A stretch of DNA of 64,000 bases, taken from NCBI GenBank assembly GCA_963668025.2, contig CAXXTH010000017.1, positions 832,001 to 896,000 on the forward strand. The letters are read 5' to 3'. Position numbers and translations under genes: made by a program. The notes under the pieces were generated by a model. The model saw only the letters and a list, made by a program, of their open reading frames with translations. It was not told the origin of the DNA and searched no databases. Shown here in pieces: positions 9,781-19,202 of the stretch. Numbering within the stretch: the first letter of the stretch is position 1; the number at the start of each line of letters is the position of its first letter. The DNA is from Candidatus Hydrogenedentota bacterium. GTDB taxonomy: Bacteria; Hydrogenedentota; Hydrogenedentia; Hydrogenedentales; SLHB01.

Positions 9781-12471
9781 ATGCGGCACATTACAATCTG
9801 GACATTGCTTATGTTGTTGCTTTCGGGGGCCTCTTTCGCTGGAGAAGAAGCACAACCCGTATTCAAGCTCGCGCCGATTTCTGAGGTGCAACTGGGCGGT
9901 GAAATTGGACGCCGCATCGATTTGACCATTCAAGGCAACCTGCTCCAGTTGGACTTAGCGCCAGGCGGTTTGTTTTTGGGGCCGTTTCAGAAACAAACCT
10001 GGCCGCAGGACATGGGCGACTATGGCGGCTATGTAGGGCTTGGAAAGACAATGGACGCCTTGGTGCGCTTCACCGCCTACTCGGGTGACCCAAAAGTCCT
10101 CGCGTTGAAGGATAGTGTGTTCCAGACGCTGCTCGCCACGCAGACTGAAGACGGCTATATGGGTGCATTCGCGCCGGAAGCCCGTGTCACCTCGGCGTTC
10201 GACTTGCACGAAATGGTCTACATTATGCAGGCATTGGCGGATGACTACCGGTATTTCGATAGCCATGAATCGCTCGAAGCGGCGCGGCGCTTGGCGGATT
10301 TTATCATGCGCGCCAAACCGGCCGAGTGGATTTTCGAGAACATAAATGATGTCCGCAAGCTAAGCATCGAGCGGGCTTTTCTTGCCGTGGCCGACACGAC
10401 AGGCGAGGCGAAATATCGGGAGTACGGCGTGGCTACCATGGACCTGCGCAATTGGCAGCCGCCGGTGGAAGGGCATTGCTACTGGTTTTTCAACCGCTGC
10501 GTGGCGCAAGTGGATTTGTATCGCGTGGAAGGCAATCCCAAGTTGTTGGAGGAAAGCCACAAGGCCATAGACTTCCTCATGGCGAATGACGCCCAGGTCA
10601 TCACGGGCGCGTGCAGCCTCGGTGAATATTTTCATACGTCGCAAGAAGGCCGGGGCAACCTGGGCGAAAGCTGCGCCGTGGCCTACCTGATCCGGCTCTG
10701 CCACCAATTGCTGCAAGTCGAGGGGAACAGCATATATGGCGATATCATGGAACGGGCCATTCTGAATAGCCTCTTCGCGGCGCAGTCCGCCGATGGACGG
10801 CGGCTGCGGTATTACACTTGCTTCGAAGGCCCCAGGGCGTACATGAACACCGACACCTATTGCTGCCCTGGCAATTGGCGGCGCATTGTCTCAGAACTGC
10901 CCGAAATGATCTATTATGTGCAAGATGGCGGCTTCATGGTGAATCTCTACACGGCTTCTTCCGCCCAACTGAAACTAGGCAAAAAACTGTCCGCCGCCGT
11001 GCGGCAGGAAACGGATTATCCCAATTCGGGGAATGTCACGCTCCACGTGGAGCCATCCAAAAAAGCGGCGTTCGCGGTGCAATTGCGGATACCGCGCTGG
11101 TGCGGGAAGCCACAGGCTTCCGTGAATGGCAAACCCATTGAAGGCGTAACACCAGGGACGTTCTTGACCATTAAGCGGCAATGGGAAAAGGGCGACCGCG
11201 TGGAATTGTCATTGCCCATGGAAACGCGCCTAATCCAAGGGCGCAACGCCCAGTCGGGCAAGGCGGCGGTGATGCGCGGGCCAGTGGTGTTTTGCCTGGG
11301 CAATCAGGACAAGAGCTCGAATGAACTCAGCCATCTCCGTGCGCGTATCGCCGAGGTGGATGCGGAGCTCGGCGGCTTGAGCGGCAGCCCCGTGAATCTC
11401 GCGGATATCGCTGGCGGCGGCGGCGGATTCGGCGCGGGGCGAACAGGATGCGGCATTGACGCCCGTTCCGGAAACGTCGTGGGCGGCATGTACGGCCAGG
11501 TCTGGTGGCACACCGCCAATGAATTCAAAGCCTCCGAGTCTCCCTTCGTTGACGGTATTGTCGTGCCGAATGGCTCCCGCGGCCCCGTGCCGATCAGCGC
11601 CACGGGCCTCACCATCGAGGGCGTTCCCGCCACGTGCGGCATGGCCATCGGATACGCCATGGACGGCCCCAAGAACGCCAGCCATTGGACGCCCGCCGAC
11701 GGCCCGGAATACGCCGCGACGATATCGCCCATGTGCGCCTTGCCCCAGCCGTATTGCAACACGTGCGTGGGAGGTGTGGAGTATAGCGAGCCAGGCCATT
11801 CCATGCTCGGCCTCGAGGCGAACAAGGCCCTTACTTTTGACCTCGCGGCCATCCGAAAGGCCACCGGCTACCAAAAACTCACCTTCCAATCCATCATCGG
11901 CTATTGCGCGAAAGCGGACCCAACAGTGGACGTGGCCATCTATACGGATGGCAAGGCCGCACTCGAACGCACCGCGCTCACCCGGGAGCCGCTGCCGGTG
12001 AGCATCCAACTCGACACGGCGGCGCGATTCCTGACCCTGATGGTGACTGACCAAAATCAAACAACCTTTGACCACGACATCATCCCCAGCGACGCGGTGA
12101 TTTTCGGAGACCCGATGCTGGTTCCCCAAGATGCGGCAACATCAGATGGCGCGGCGGCAAAGCGCGCACACTTGGAAAAAGAAATGGCCTCACTGAAAGA
12201 GCAGTATCAACGCTATATTGAACCGCTCGATGCGGCGCGCGATATCGTGATAGACGGCGCGTCGGTGGAAGGCCCATTCCCCGACACAACGGTCCGCCCC
12301 GGCGGGATGGCATTGCACGTGAAGGGATGGAGCCCCGGACGCGATACGGCGCAGCCGCCCAACCTGGCGCTGATCCTATCCGAGTTTCCCGATCCCGAAG
12401 GCCGCGCCACGTATTTTAAAGTCAAGACTCTTGCATCCGCCGTGGAGGATGATCTAATTTCAAGTAAGTAA
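9781..12471 (+). CDS. GH127/GH146-like beta-L-arabinofuranosidase with an inserted NPCBM-like domain
   Basis: Signal peptide; catalytic/Zn motifs GEYF, GESCAVAY, YCCPGN; beta-sandwich 'VNLY...QETDYP...LRIPRW...AAVMRGPVVF'; ~300-aa insertion near the C-terminus. Confidence 0.8.
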   Translation: MRHITIWTLLMLLLSGASFAGEEAQPVFKLAPISEVQLGGEIGRRIDLTIQGNLLQLDLAPGGLFLGPFQKQTWPQDMGDYGGYVGLGKTMDALVRFTAYSGDPKVLALKDSVFQTLLATQTEDGYMGAFAPEARVTSAFDLHEMVYIMQALADDYRYFDSHESLEAARRLADFIMRAKPAEWIFENINDVRKLSIERAFLAVADTTGEAKYREYGVATMDLRNWQPPVEGHCYWFFNRCVAQVDLYRVEGNPKLLEESHKAIDFLMANDAQVITGACSLGEYFHTSQEGRGNLGESCAVAYLIRLCHQLLQVEGNSIYGDIMERAILNSLFAAQSADGRRLRYYTCFEGPRAYMNTDTYCCPGNWRRIVSELPEMIYYVQDGGFMVNLYTASSAQLKLGKKLSAAVRQETDYPNSGNVTLHVEPSKKAAFAVQLRIPRWCGKPQASVNGKPIEGVTPGTFLTIKRQWEKGDRVELSLPMETRLIQGRNAQSGKAAVMRGPVVFCLGNQDKSSNELSHLRARIAEVDAELGGLSGSPVNLADIAGGGGGFGAGRTGCGIDARSGNVVGGMYGQVWWHTANEFKASESPFVDGIVVPNGSRGPVPISATGLTIEGVPATCGMAIGYAMDGPKNASHWTPADGPEYAATISPMCALPQPYCNTCVGGVEYSEPGHSMLGLEANKALTFDLAAIRKATGYQKLTFQSIIGYCAKADPTVDVAIYTDGKAALERTALTREPLPVSIQLDTAARFLTLMVTDQNQTTFDHDIIPSDAVIFGDPMLVPQDAATSDGAAAKRAHLEKEMASLKEQYQRYIEPLDAARDIVIDGASVEGPFPDTTVRPGGMALHVKGWSPGRDTAQPPNLALILSEFPDPEGRATYFKVKTLASAVEDDLISSK

Positions 12472-12502
12472 AGCCATAGTATGTTACTACAAAATTGGGG
12501 AT

Positions 12503-14455
12503 ATGTATTCCATGAAAGAACTATTTATTTTTGCAGTGCTGGTTATCCTATGCGCACAAGGCAAGGCCTGGGCTCAAGAAGCCCAAATTAAAGTGGACGC
12601 AAGTGTCGTGACAAACTCCATTAGCCGCCACATGACGGGGGCGTGCATCGAGGATGTCAATCACGAGATCTACGGCGGCATCTACAGCCAGATGATTTTC
12701 GGCGAGAGTTTCCAGGAGCCCGCATCCACCCCGGAAGCCGTCAGCGGCATGTGGCGAAGCGTCCAATCCGGCACGGCCAAAGGTGCGTTCGCGCTCGAAC
12801 CGGGCCAGGCGTTTCTAAGAACCCAAAGCCAGCGGCTCACGTTTGCCGAAGGCCAGGGCGAACTGGGCATCGAGAATCAGGGCCTGAACCGGTGGGGCCT
12901 GTACTTCGTCGAGGGAAAACCATATGAAGGCCGCCTATGGGTGCGCAGTGAAAAACCAGCGGACCTGTATGTGGCGCTCGAGAGTGGCGATGGCGCGAAG
13001 GTGTATGCCGAAACTCGCCTGCACAGCGCCAGCGCCGAATGGCAGCCGCTCGATTTCAACCTGGCGCCCTCCGGAACGGACACGGCAGGCCGCTTCACCA
13101 TCAAGCTCAAACAACCGAGTTCGGTGGCCGTCGGATATGCGTTTCTTCAGCCGGGCGCGTGGGGGCGTTTCAAAGACCTGCCCGTGCGCAAGGATGTCGC
13201 CGAGGGCTTGCTCGAGCAAGGCCTGACGGTCTTGCGCTACGGCGGCAGCATGGTGAACGCGGAAGGCTACCGCTGGAAAAACATGATTGGCCCGCGTGAC
13301 AAGCGCCCTCCCTATAAAGGCACTTGGTATCCCTATTCGACGAATGGCTGGGCGATTGTAGACTTCGTGGCCTTTTGCCGTGCGGCCGGATTCCTATGCG
13401 TGCCCGCCTTCAACATGGGCGAGACCCCCGAGGACATGGCCGATTTCATCGAGTACATGAACGGCCCCGCCGACTCCGAATGGGGGCGCAAACGCATGGA
13501 AGACGGATTCCCGGAACCATTCAACTTGAAATACATCGAGCTCGGCAATGAAGAAAAGATCGACGAAAATTATTGGCAACACTTCAAGCCCATGGCCGAA
13601 GCCATCTGGGCGAAAGACCCCAATATTACCGTTGTCGTCGGCGACCTTGGCTATGCCGGTGTTATCCAAGATCCCTTTAATTTCACGGGAAATCCGACGG
13701 GCCTCACCACGCTGGCCACTTACCAGCAAATACTCGAGTTGGCAAAGAGCCACAACCGGACGATATGGGCTGATATCCATCTCTCGAACAACGAACCAAC
13801 CGAACCGAATCCGGAACCCATCCGCTCCTTTATCGAAGCATTGGGCAAGCTGTGCCCCGGAGCCGATTATAAAGTGGCGGTGTTCGAGGAAAACTCCGGC
13901 AACCATTTGTTGCGCCGGGGCTTGGGCCACGCGCACGCGATCAATGTGCTCGAACGCATGGGCGGCAAAGTGCCGGTGGTCTGCGCGGCAAACTGCCTCC
14001 AACCCTACAAACAGACCGACAACGGCTGGGATCAAGGCCTGCTCTTCCTGTCCCCTTCCCAAGTCTGGGGCCAGCCCTCGTACTACGTCACCCAAATGGT
14101 GTCACGCAATTACCTGCCAAAATGCGTAAAATCAGAGCTCGAATGCCCCGATAACACCTTGGATGTCACCGCCAAAACGAGCGAAGACGGGACCGTGCTC
14201 ACCCTTCAAGTCGTCAACATGGTCGAGCGCGCCGTTCCAGCCCGCATTCATATCACCGGTTTCACCCCCACGAAACCATCTGCCGAAGTATCGACGATCT
14301 CAGGGAGCTTGGAGGATGAAAACACCCCCGAAGAACCCAAACGGATCATCCCTCAACAACGGGAATGGGAACACCAGTTCCAGAACGGCATCATGCACTA
14401 CGAGTTCCCCGCATACTCATTCACCATCTTGAATCTGAATGGCAAACCCGAATAG
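12503..14455 (+). CDS. GH51-like alpha-L-arabinofuranosidase
   Basis: Signal peptide; IEDVNHEIYGGIYSQMI, LRYGG, YIELGNE, C-terminal 'SLEDENTPEEP...FPAYSFTIL'. Confidence 0.82.
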   Translation: MYSMKELFIFAVLVILCAQGKAWAQEAQIKVDASVVTNSISRHMTGACIEDVNHEIYGGIYSQMIFGESFQEPASTPEAVSGMWRSVQSGTAKGAFALEPGQAFLRTQSQRLTFAEGQGELGIENQGLNRWGLYFVEGKPYEGRLWVRSEKPADLYVALESGDGAKVYAETRLHSASAEWQPLDFNLAPSGTDTAGRFTIKLKQPSSVAVGYAFLQPGAWGRFKDLPVRKDVAEGLLEQGLTVLRYGGSMVNAEGYRWKNMIGPRDKRPPYKGTWYPYSTNGWAIVDFVAFCRAAGFLCVPAFNMGETPEDMADFIEYMNGPADSEWGRKRMEDGFPEPFNLKYIELGNEEKIDENYWQHFKPMAEAIWAKDPNITVVVGDLGYAGVIQDPFNFTGNPTGLTTLATYQQILELAKSHNRTIWADIHLSNNEPTEPNPEPIRSFIEALGKLCPGADYKVAVFEENSGNHLLRRGLGHAHAINVLERMGGKVPVVCAANCLQPYKQTDNGWDQGLLFLSPSQVWGQPSYYVTQMVSRNYLPKCVKSELECPDNTLDVTAKTSEDGTVLTLQVVNMVERAVPARIHITGFTPTKPSAEVSTISGSLEDENTPEEPKRIIPQQREWEHQFQNGIMHYEFPAYSFTILNLNGKPE

Positions 14456-14481
14456 AGCGATACTTTGGCAAATTACGTTGA

Positions 14482-15327
14482 ATGCCTAATACCGTGATGA
14501 GGCAAATAATGGATCCAAATCTCTATAACAACACCAGAAGGATCATATTTAGCACTATACATGATCCGAAAAAAGGATTTGATGCTGCGTTTGATTACAT
14601 GGAAAGAACATATCGCACTAAACTGAGCCATAATTCCTATACAGGCCTAATGGCCGAAATCCAATTCTATAAAAACTACAAGGATGCGTATAGTTTAACT
14701 GTTTCTGCTGATGTAGGAGACCATACGGATTTTTCGGGCAATCTAGATGGAAAGCCTACTAGATTTGATGTAACGACTAACACTGACTTTAAAGACTTTG
14801 AAGATTATGAACCTTATATGGGGTCAGGCATCGAATATAAGATCGCCCATTATGATCACTCTACCTTTAGCTTAGTCGATATTCTAGATTTAAGATTTGA
14901 GAAATGCTCATGTGGTGGATATCTTTTTCCCTTTATCTTGATGAAGACCGAGAACACTAATAGAAAAAATGAACCCTGCGGTAGTAACGACCAAGTGCTC
15001 ATTAAGATATGCAATACATGCCTTCACTGGTCCGAACAAACTAGGTGGTCACATATATCCTGCTGTAGCCCTTCTGAGTTTTATGAAAGTATTCGTGGAA
15101 TTAATGAGGAAGAGAACCATGCTTTAGAACAACTAGATATTTATAAGACCGATATGTACAAAACATTTCGGCGTGAAATTAACGGAAGTATTATGGCACT
15201 TGCAGAACATAACTACAAAATAACCAAACCAGATGGGGATGGTGAGTGGTTCTTTGATTTTGTATTCATAAACAGGGCCGTTTCTAAGCACTTCCCTCTA
15301 GAGGTGGAAGTAGGGCTTATTGATTAG
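14482..15327 (+). CDS. Hypothetical protein, possible PD-(D/E)xK-like nuclease with Cys pairs
   Basis: AT-rich 281-aa ORF. GLMAE...DVGDHTDF...RFDVTT pattern plus CSCGG and CNTC. The fold assignment is inference. Confidence 0.6.
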   Translation: MPNTVMRQIMDPNLYNNTRRIIFSTIHDPKKGFDAAFDYMERTYRTKLSHNSYTGLMAEIQFYKNYKDAYSLTVSADVGDHTDFSGNLDGKPTRFDVTTNTDFKDFEDYEPYMGSGIEYKIAHYDHSTFSLVDILDLRFEKCSCGGYLFPFILMKTENTNRKNEPCGSNDQVLIKICNTCLHWSEQTRWSHISCCSPSEFYESIRGINEEENHALEQLDIYKTDMYKTFRREINGSIMALAEHNYKITKPDGDGEWFFDFVFINRAVSKHFPLEVEVGLID

Positions 15328-15418
15328 GTATACCTTTTCACACATATATGCAGTTAAAGTATTTTCTATCATTATTCGCTCAATTCAATTGTGCTAGCGC
15401 CTTATTTCTTGCCTTTAA

Positions 15419-15823
15419 TCAAGAGATGTCCACATAGGCAAATGACTGCGGTGGCTTAATTCCATAAGCTTGTATAGGGCAAACAGGCTTTTCAAATACT
15501 CGAACATCCCCTACTCTAATGGCATAACCATATTCACGTCCCTCGAAATAAGCCTCAAAACTTTTCTCGTCGATGCCCGAAAACAGTCTTGTCCTTTGCC
15601 ATAGTATTGACACTCTATCGCGTATTATCTCGAGCACATCAAATTCAGCTACAACCATTTTGACTGGCGCGGTTACATACATAAAAACCGTTTCAACTGG
15701 TCGCTTAAAAATCGATCTGCGGAATTCAAATCGCTTTTCCCCGGAAAGTATCACTTCAGCATATTTTGGTTTAATCGACAATAAAGCGTGTGTCGGTCTT
15801 GGACAACTTGAGTATCGTTTCAA
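15419..15823 (-). CDS. ASCH domain protein
   Basis: ALLSIKPKYAEVILSGEKRFEFRRS...YVTAPV...VAEF...PPQSFAY, the ASCH GxKxxExR signature. Overlaps the end of the upstream gene. Start uncertain (TTG 15823 or ATG 15883). Confidence 0.88.
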   Translation of the reverse strand: MKRYSSCPRPTHALLSIKPKYAEVILSGEKRFEFRRSIFKRPVETVFMYVTAPVKMVVAEFDVLEIIRDRVSILWQRTRLFSGIDEKSFEAYFEGREYGYAIRVGDVRVFEKPVCPIQAYGIKPPQSFAYVDIS

Positions 15824-16564
15824 ATTGTTCGAGCGTGAGTCGTTCAAATCCTCGCGGAGCGGATTCAGTATCCCTAATGACATGATTCTCTATTAACTCC
15901 TTCATATTCGGTCGGGCGGGAAACGAATAGGCATACATAAATTCCACGATAAATGGTCGTGATCTTGAATTATAGTTCCAATGCTTACGAAGTTGATCAT
16001 CGGTAAAAACACTACGCTTACGACAAAGGCTCACGAATCGTTCCTCACTATTTATATTTAGATATATCGCTTCAACAATGCCGAGAGTGGTAACAACCGA
16101 TTTGTAGTATCCTCCCGTTCGATAAAATACGATCAAATCACCGGTGTATAGATCTCGGTTGATGGATCTTGAAATGTAGACCTTTCGAATAGCATTTCGA
16201 TGAGGCTGTTGCTCTACATAATCATCCGGGGATTCGTTTTTCAGAATCGAATCTGGCAGGAGCTCGGTGTGATATTCAGGATATATTGGGACGATGAATA
16301 CACGAGACTCTCGGCTCATATAGGGAAAAGTCTGGCTTGGTCTCGCAACATAAAATTGCTTTGCCATACTACGAACAAATACGTCTTCTTCACCGTAGTC
16401 ATTTTTCTTCTTGCCATGAAGACAAAAACCAAAATCCTTGAGGAGATTAATCAGTCTCTCTTGCTCAATCGAGTGCGAAAAGATCGTTACATATATCTCA
16501 TCTACATTTTGTCGCACGGCATTATCGAAAATGATCTTCAGAAAACGCTCACCTAACTTAAACC

Positions 16565-17934
16565 GGGTGCTCCCTCAATATGATAACCTCAATTGACCCC
16601 GTGGCGGGCCACGTGTTGCCAGAACTGGTCCCAACGGCCCTCGGTCATCTCCAGCGACCTGAGCGCGATCACCGCGCTCGCGCCCGCTTCCTTCCACCGC
16701 ATCCCGGAGCATGCCAGGCGTTGCTTGATCAGCGTCTTGCACGCCGCCTCCGTCACTCCGCTGCCGATGGGAAGGCGCTCCGCCGTGTGCCGCCAGTATT
16801 GCATCTTCGAGCGGTGATTGCCGAAGTAGGTGATCGCCTTGCCGAGTTCCTCGCGGCAAGCCTGGGCGCGCACGCTTGGCAAGCTCGCCTTCATCTCCTC
16901 CAGCAAGCGTCCGGCTGCGCCCCTCGTGTGCTTCAGCCGGTGACTCCAGTCCGCCTCCCACTCCCGGCGGCGCGCGCCATGACCGTGAATCGCCTCCGCC
17001 GCCTTCCCCACGTATTCCCGCGCGTGATAGAAATCCAGCATCTGCCGGTCCGTGCGCGGCGTCAAAAACTTCCAGTTGTCCGGCGCGCCGTCGGCCAGGC
17101 CGATATACAGCGCCGCCGGGTGCCTCGCCCTCACGCGCTCCACCTCGCGGCCGAAGCGCTCGAGGAAAGTCTGCTTGCCGTACTCGGGCGATGCGCCCGC
17201 GTAGATCGTGTGCAGCCGCTCCCCGTCCTTGTCGTACAGGCTGATGGACCCGCACATCGCCTGACGCCAGCCGTCCTCCCTGAGCAGCATGCAGGTGCCG
17301 TCCAGGCCCACGGCCACCGACGCGACCGGCCTGTCCAATTCCGGCAGCTCGTACTCCCACGTCTCCTCCCTGGCCTGCGCCAGGGCGCCCACAAAATCGC
17401 CGATCTTCTTCACATAGTCGCGCGAGATTGCGCGGCCTGTCGACTCGAGCAGGTCGCGGCGCATGACATCGGCGCCCATGCGGGAGTATTTTCCGCTGAC
17501 GATCCGGGCGTAGCGCGGCGTGGCGTTCATGACCATTCGCGCGTCCCGCTCCAGCGGGCAGAAGGTGCGCCCGCCCGTGGCGGTGTTCTGGTAGACGTGC
17601 CGCTCGACGCGGACCGGGCCGTGGGGCGTCTCGTAGGTCTGGCCGAAGCGCCCCTTGGTTTTGAAGGTGGTGGCGCCGACGCGGATGGGCGAGCCGTCTG
17701 TGTCGAAACGGGCCAGGGCCTCGGCCATGACTGCGCGCCCCACCCCGTTCAGGGCCTCCTGGACCGCCTCCTCCATATCGAGCATCGAACCACGCAGCCT
17801 CAGCGAGAAACTCACCTCGAACGTGTCGCCGTCGCGCCTTGTCACCATCGCTGCCATCGGTCTTCCTCCGTTAAGGGTCCGGCATACTTATCGACCCGAC
17901 ACGAGGATTTCTTTAGCATTCTGCGGGAACACCC
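16565..17934 (-). mobile_element. ISKra4-family insertion sequence, 1370 bp
   Basis: 8-bp direct repeat CTTAAACC at 16557-16564 and 17935-17942. Terminal IRs GGGTGCTCCCTCAATATGATAA / GGGTGTTCCCGCAGAATGCTAA (17/22 identical). GC-rich element inside AT-rich DNA. Confidence 0.9.
16589..17857 (-). CDS. ISKra4-family DDE transposase
   Basis: GLDGT, LADGA, LDFYHAREY, LPIGSGVTEAACK...SGMRW motifs. Confidence 0.9.
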   Translation of the reverse strand: MAAMVTRRDGDTFEVSFSLRLRGSMLDMEEAVQEALNGVGRAVMAEALARFDTDGSPIRVGATTFKTKGRFGQTYETPHGPVRVERHVYQNTATGGRTFCPLERDARMVMNATPRYARIVSGKYSRMGADVMRRDLLESTGRAISRDYVKKIGDFVGALAQAREETWEYELPELDRPVASVAVGLDGTCMLLREDGWRQAMCGSISLYDKDGERLHTIYAGASPEYGKQTFLERFGREVERVRARHPAALYIGLADGAPDNWKFLTPRTDRQMLDFYHAREYVGKAAEAIHGHGARRREWEADWSHRLKHTRGAAGRLLEEMKASLPSVRAQACREELGKAITYFGNHRSKMQYWRHTAERLPIGSGVTEAACKTLIKQRLACSGMRWKEAGASAVIALRSLEMTEGRWDQFWQHVARHGVN

Positions 17935-18941
17935 CTTAAACCCATTGATCTCAACTTTAAATGTTCCAATTTTGAGTCGGCGAGCAGGAGCAAATACCGG
18001 AACAATATCAGTGTAAGGCTCAGTATGATCTTCAACTTTTAGATAAAGAAAAGCAACAATACTGGAATCTTGGTAGCATAAATATGCTGTTTCATCAGCT
18101 TTACGATTAAACCATGAATCGAAACCTGGATAGTCAGAACGAAAGCTATCAAAAAACTGACTTTCTATATTTGTGTTTCCAAATAGCTCTTTTTTGACAG
18201 AAAGAACATGGTAGTCAACTAGTTCTGGGTTTTCCGAAACGACCTTTTCAAGAAAACTGTCAATCGTGAACACACGATCAAAAATGCCTAGCAAATCGGC
18301 TTTTCTTAGAATGCCACGGTCTTCAGAAATCAATATATCAACGCGGTTACAGAAGAGTTCATTTAGTATTATTGTATCATTACGATCATTTGGCGTGTTA
18401 TCCATTGATGTACTGAGGCTCTCGACCTCATCCGCCATTGGCGCTGTCGTCTTAATCATGCTGTAGGCCTCGAGCTTCACCGAGAAAGCTTTTCGTACCC
18501 TCTCATCATTATGTTGCTTGATCTCTTCCAAAGTAACTGGATGCACACATTTCTCATACTTAAGACGATCAAGCCAAGCAAAAAGTTTGCCGATTGTTGG
18601 TTGGACGACAGTTGAAGCTTCGCGGTGAATGATTATGTTGGTGTCCAGTAGAGCACGCATGTTGCACCTCTTCTGACGCTTAGCTTTTTTCTCGCCAGTA
18701 AAAACAGAAATTACCTATATAACACCACCTATATAAATATTTACTATACCAGAAGCATATTAAAAATATTTTATATGACATAGGCTTGCGAATTAAGCTG
18801 AAACCCCTACTTTCGATTTCTTGATATATTACATATTACGAGTAAAGGTGATTGTTTTCAAGATTAATCACCAATGGAGACGCCTATTAGCAAATCCATT
18901 TTTCCTATTTCTGTATAGTGTTTCTTTTTAGTGCCGCATCT

Positions 18942-19110
18942 TTTCAACGCAAGGCGCCAAGAACGCGGAGGTCCGCAGAGTAAGAAGAGCGAATGAAACC
19001 TTGCTTACGATGAATTCCTTTTTACATCTAAAAATAAATTTGTTCGGAAAATAGAAACATAGTATAGCCTCTCCGATAAACTCTGCGTTCTTAGCGCCTC
19101 TACGTTGAAA
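18942..19110. repeat. Inverted-repeat element with ~9-nt periodic arms (MITE/REPIN-like)
   Basis: Left arm TTTCAACGCAAGGCGCCAAGAACGCGGAG matches the reverse complement of 19081-19110 (TTTCAACGTAGAGGCGCTAAGAACGCAGAG), around an AT-rich core. A related arm lies at 43809-43835. Confidence 0.65.
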
Positions 19111-19202
19111 TGGTTTTACTTTGCCGCCGCCCCCGCCAGCGTGTACACTACTCGTGCATGGCGGATGGATGGTCCAGCCGGAAAAATGAATGGGGATTAC
19201 TG

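Larger units (their letters stand above)
15771..18660 (-). pseudogene. PIN-GNAT-PUA/ASCH-like fusion protein interrupted by an IS
   Basis: PIN: MRALLDTNII...EEI...NDRND...ISEDRG. Removing the IS and one TSD copy joins 18660-17935 to 16556-15771 in frame (KIGTFKVEINGFK|LGERFLKIIFDNA), giving 503 aa. C-terminus IVPIYPEYH...GDLIVFYRT is PUA-like. Confidence 0.85.

Noticed and set aside
16580-18016. 478-aa plus-strand ORF spanning the IS
   Set aside because: Antisense shadow of the GC-rich transposase; Arg/Leu/Ala-rich with no motifs.
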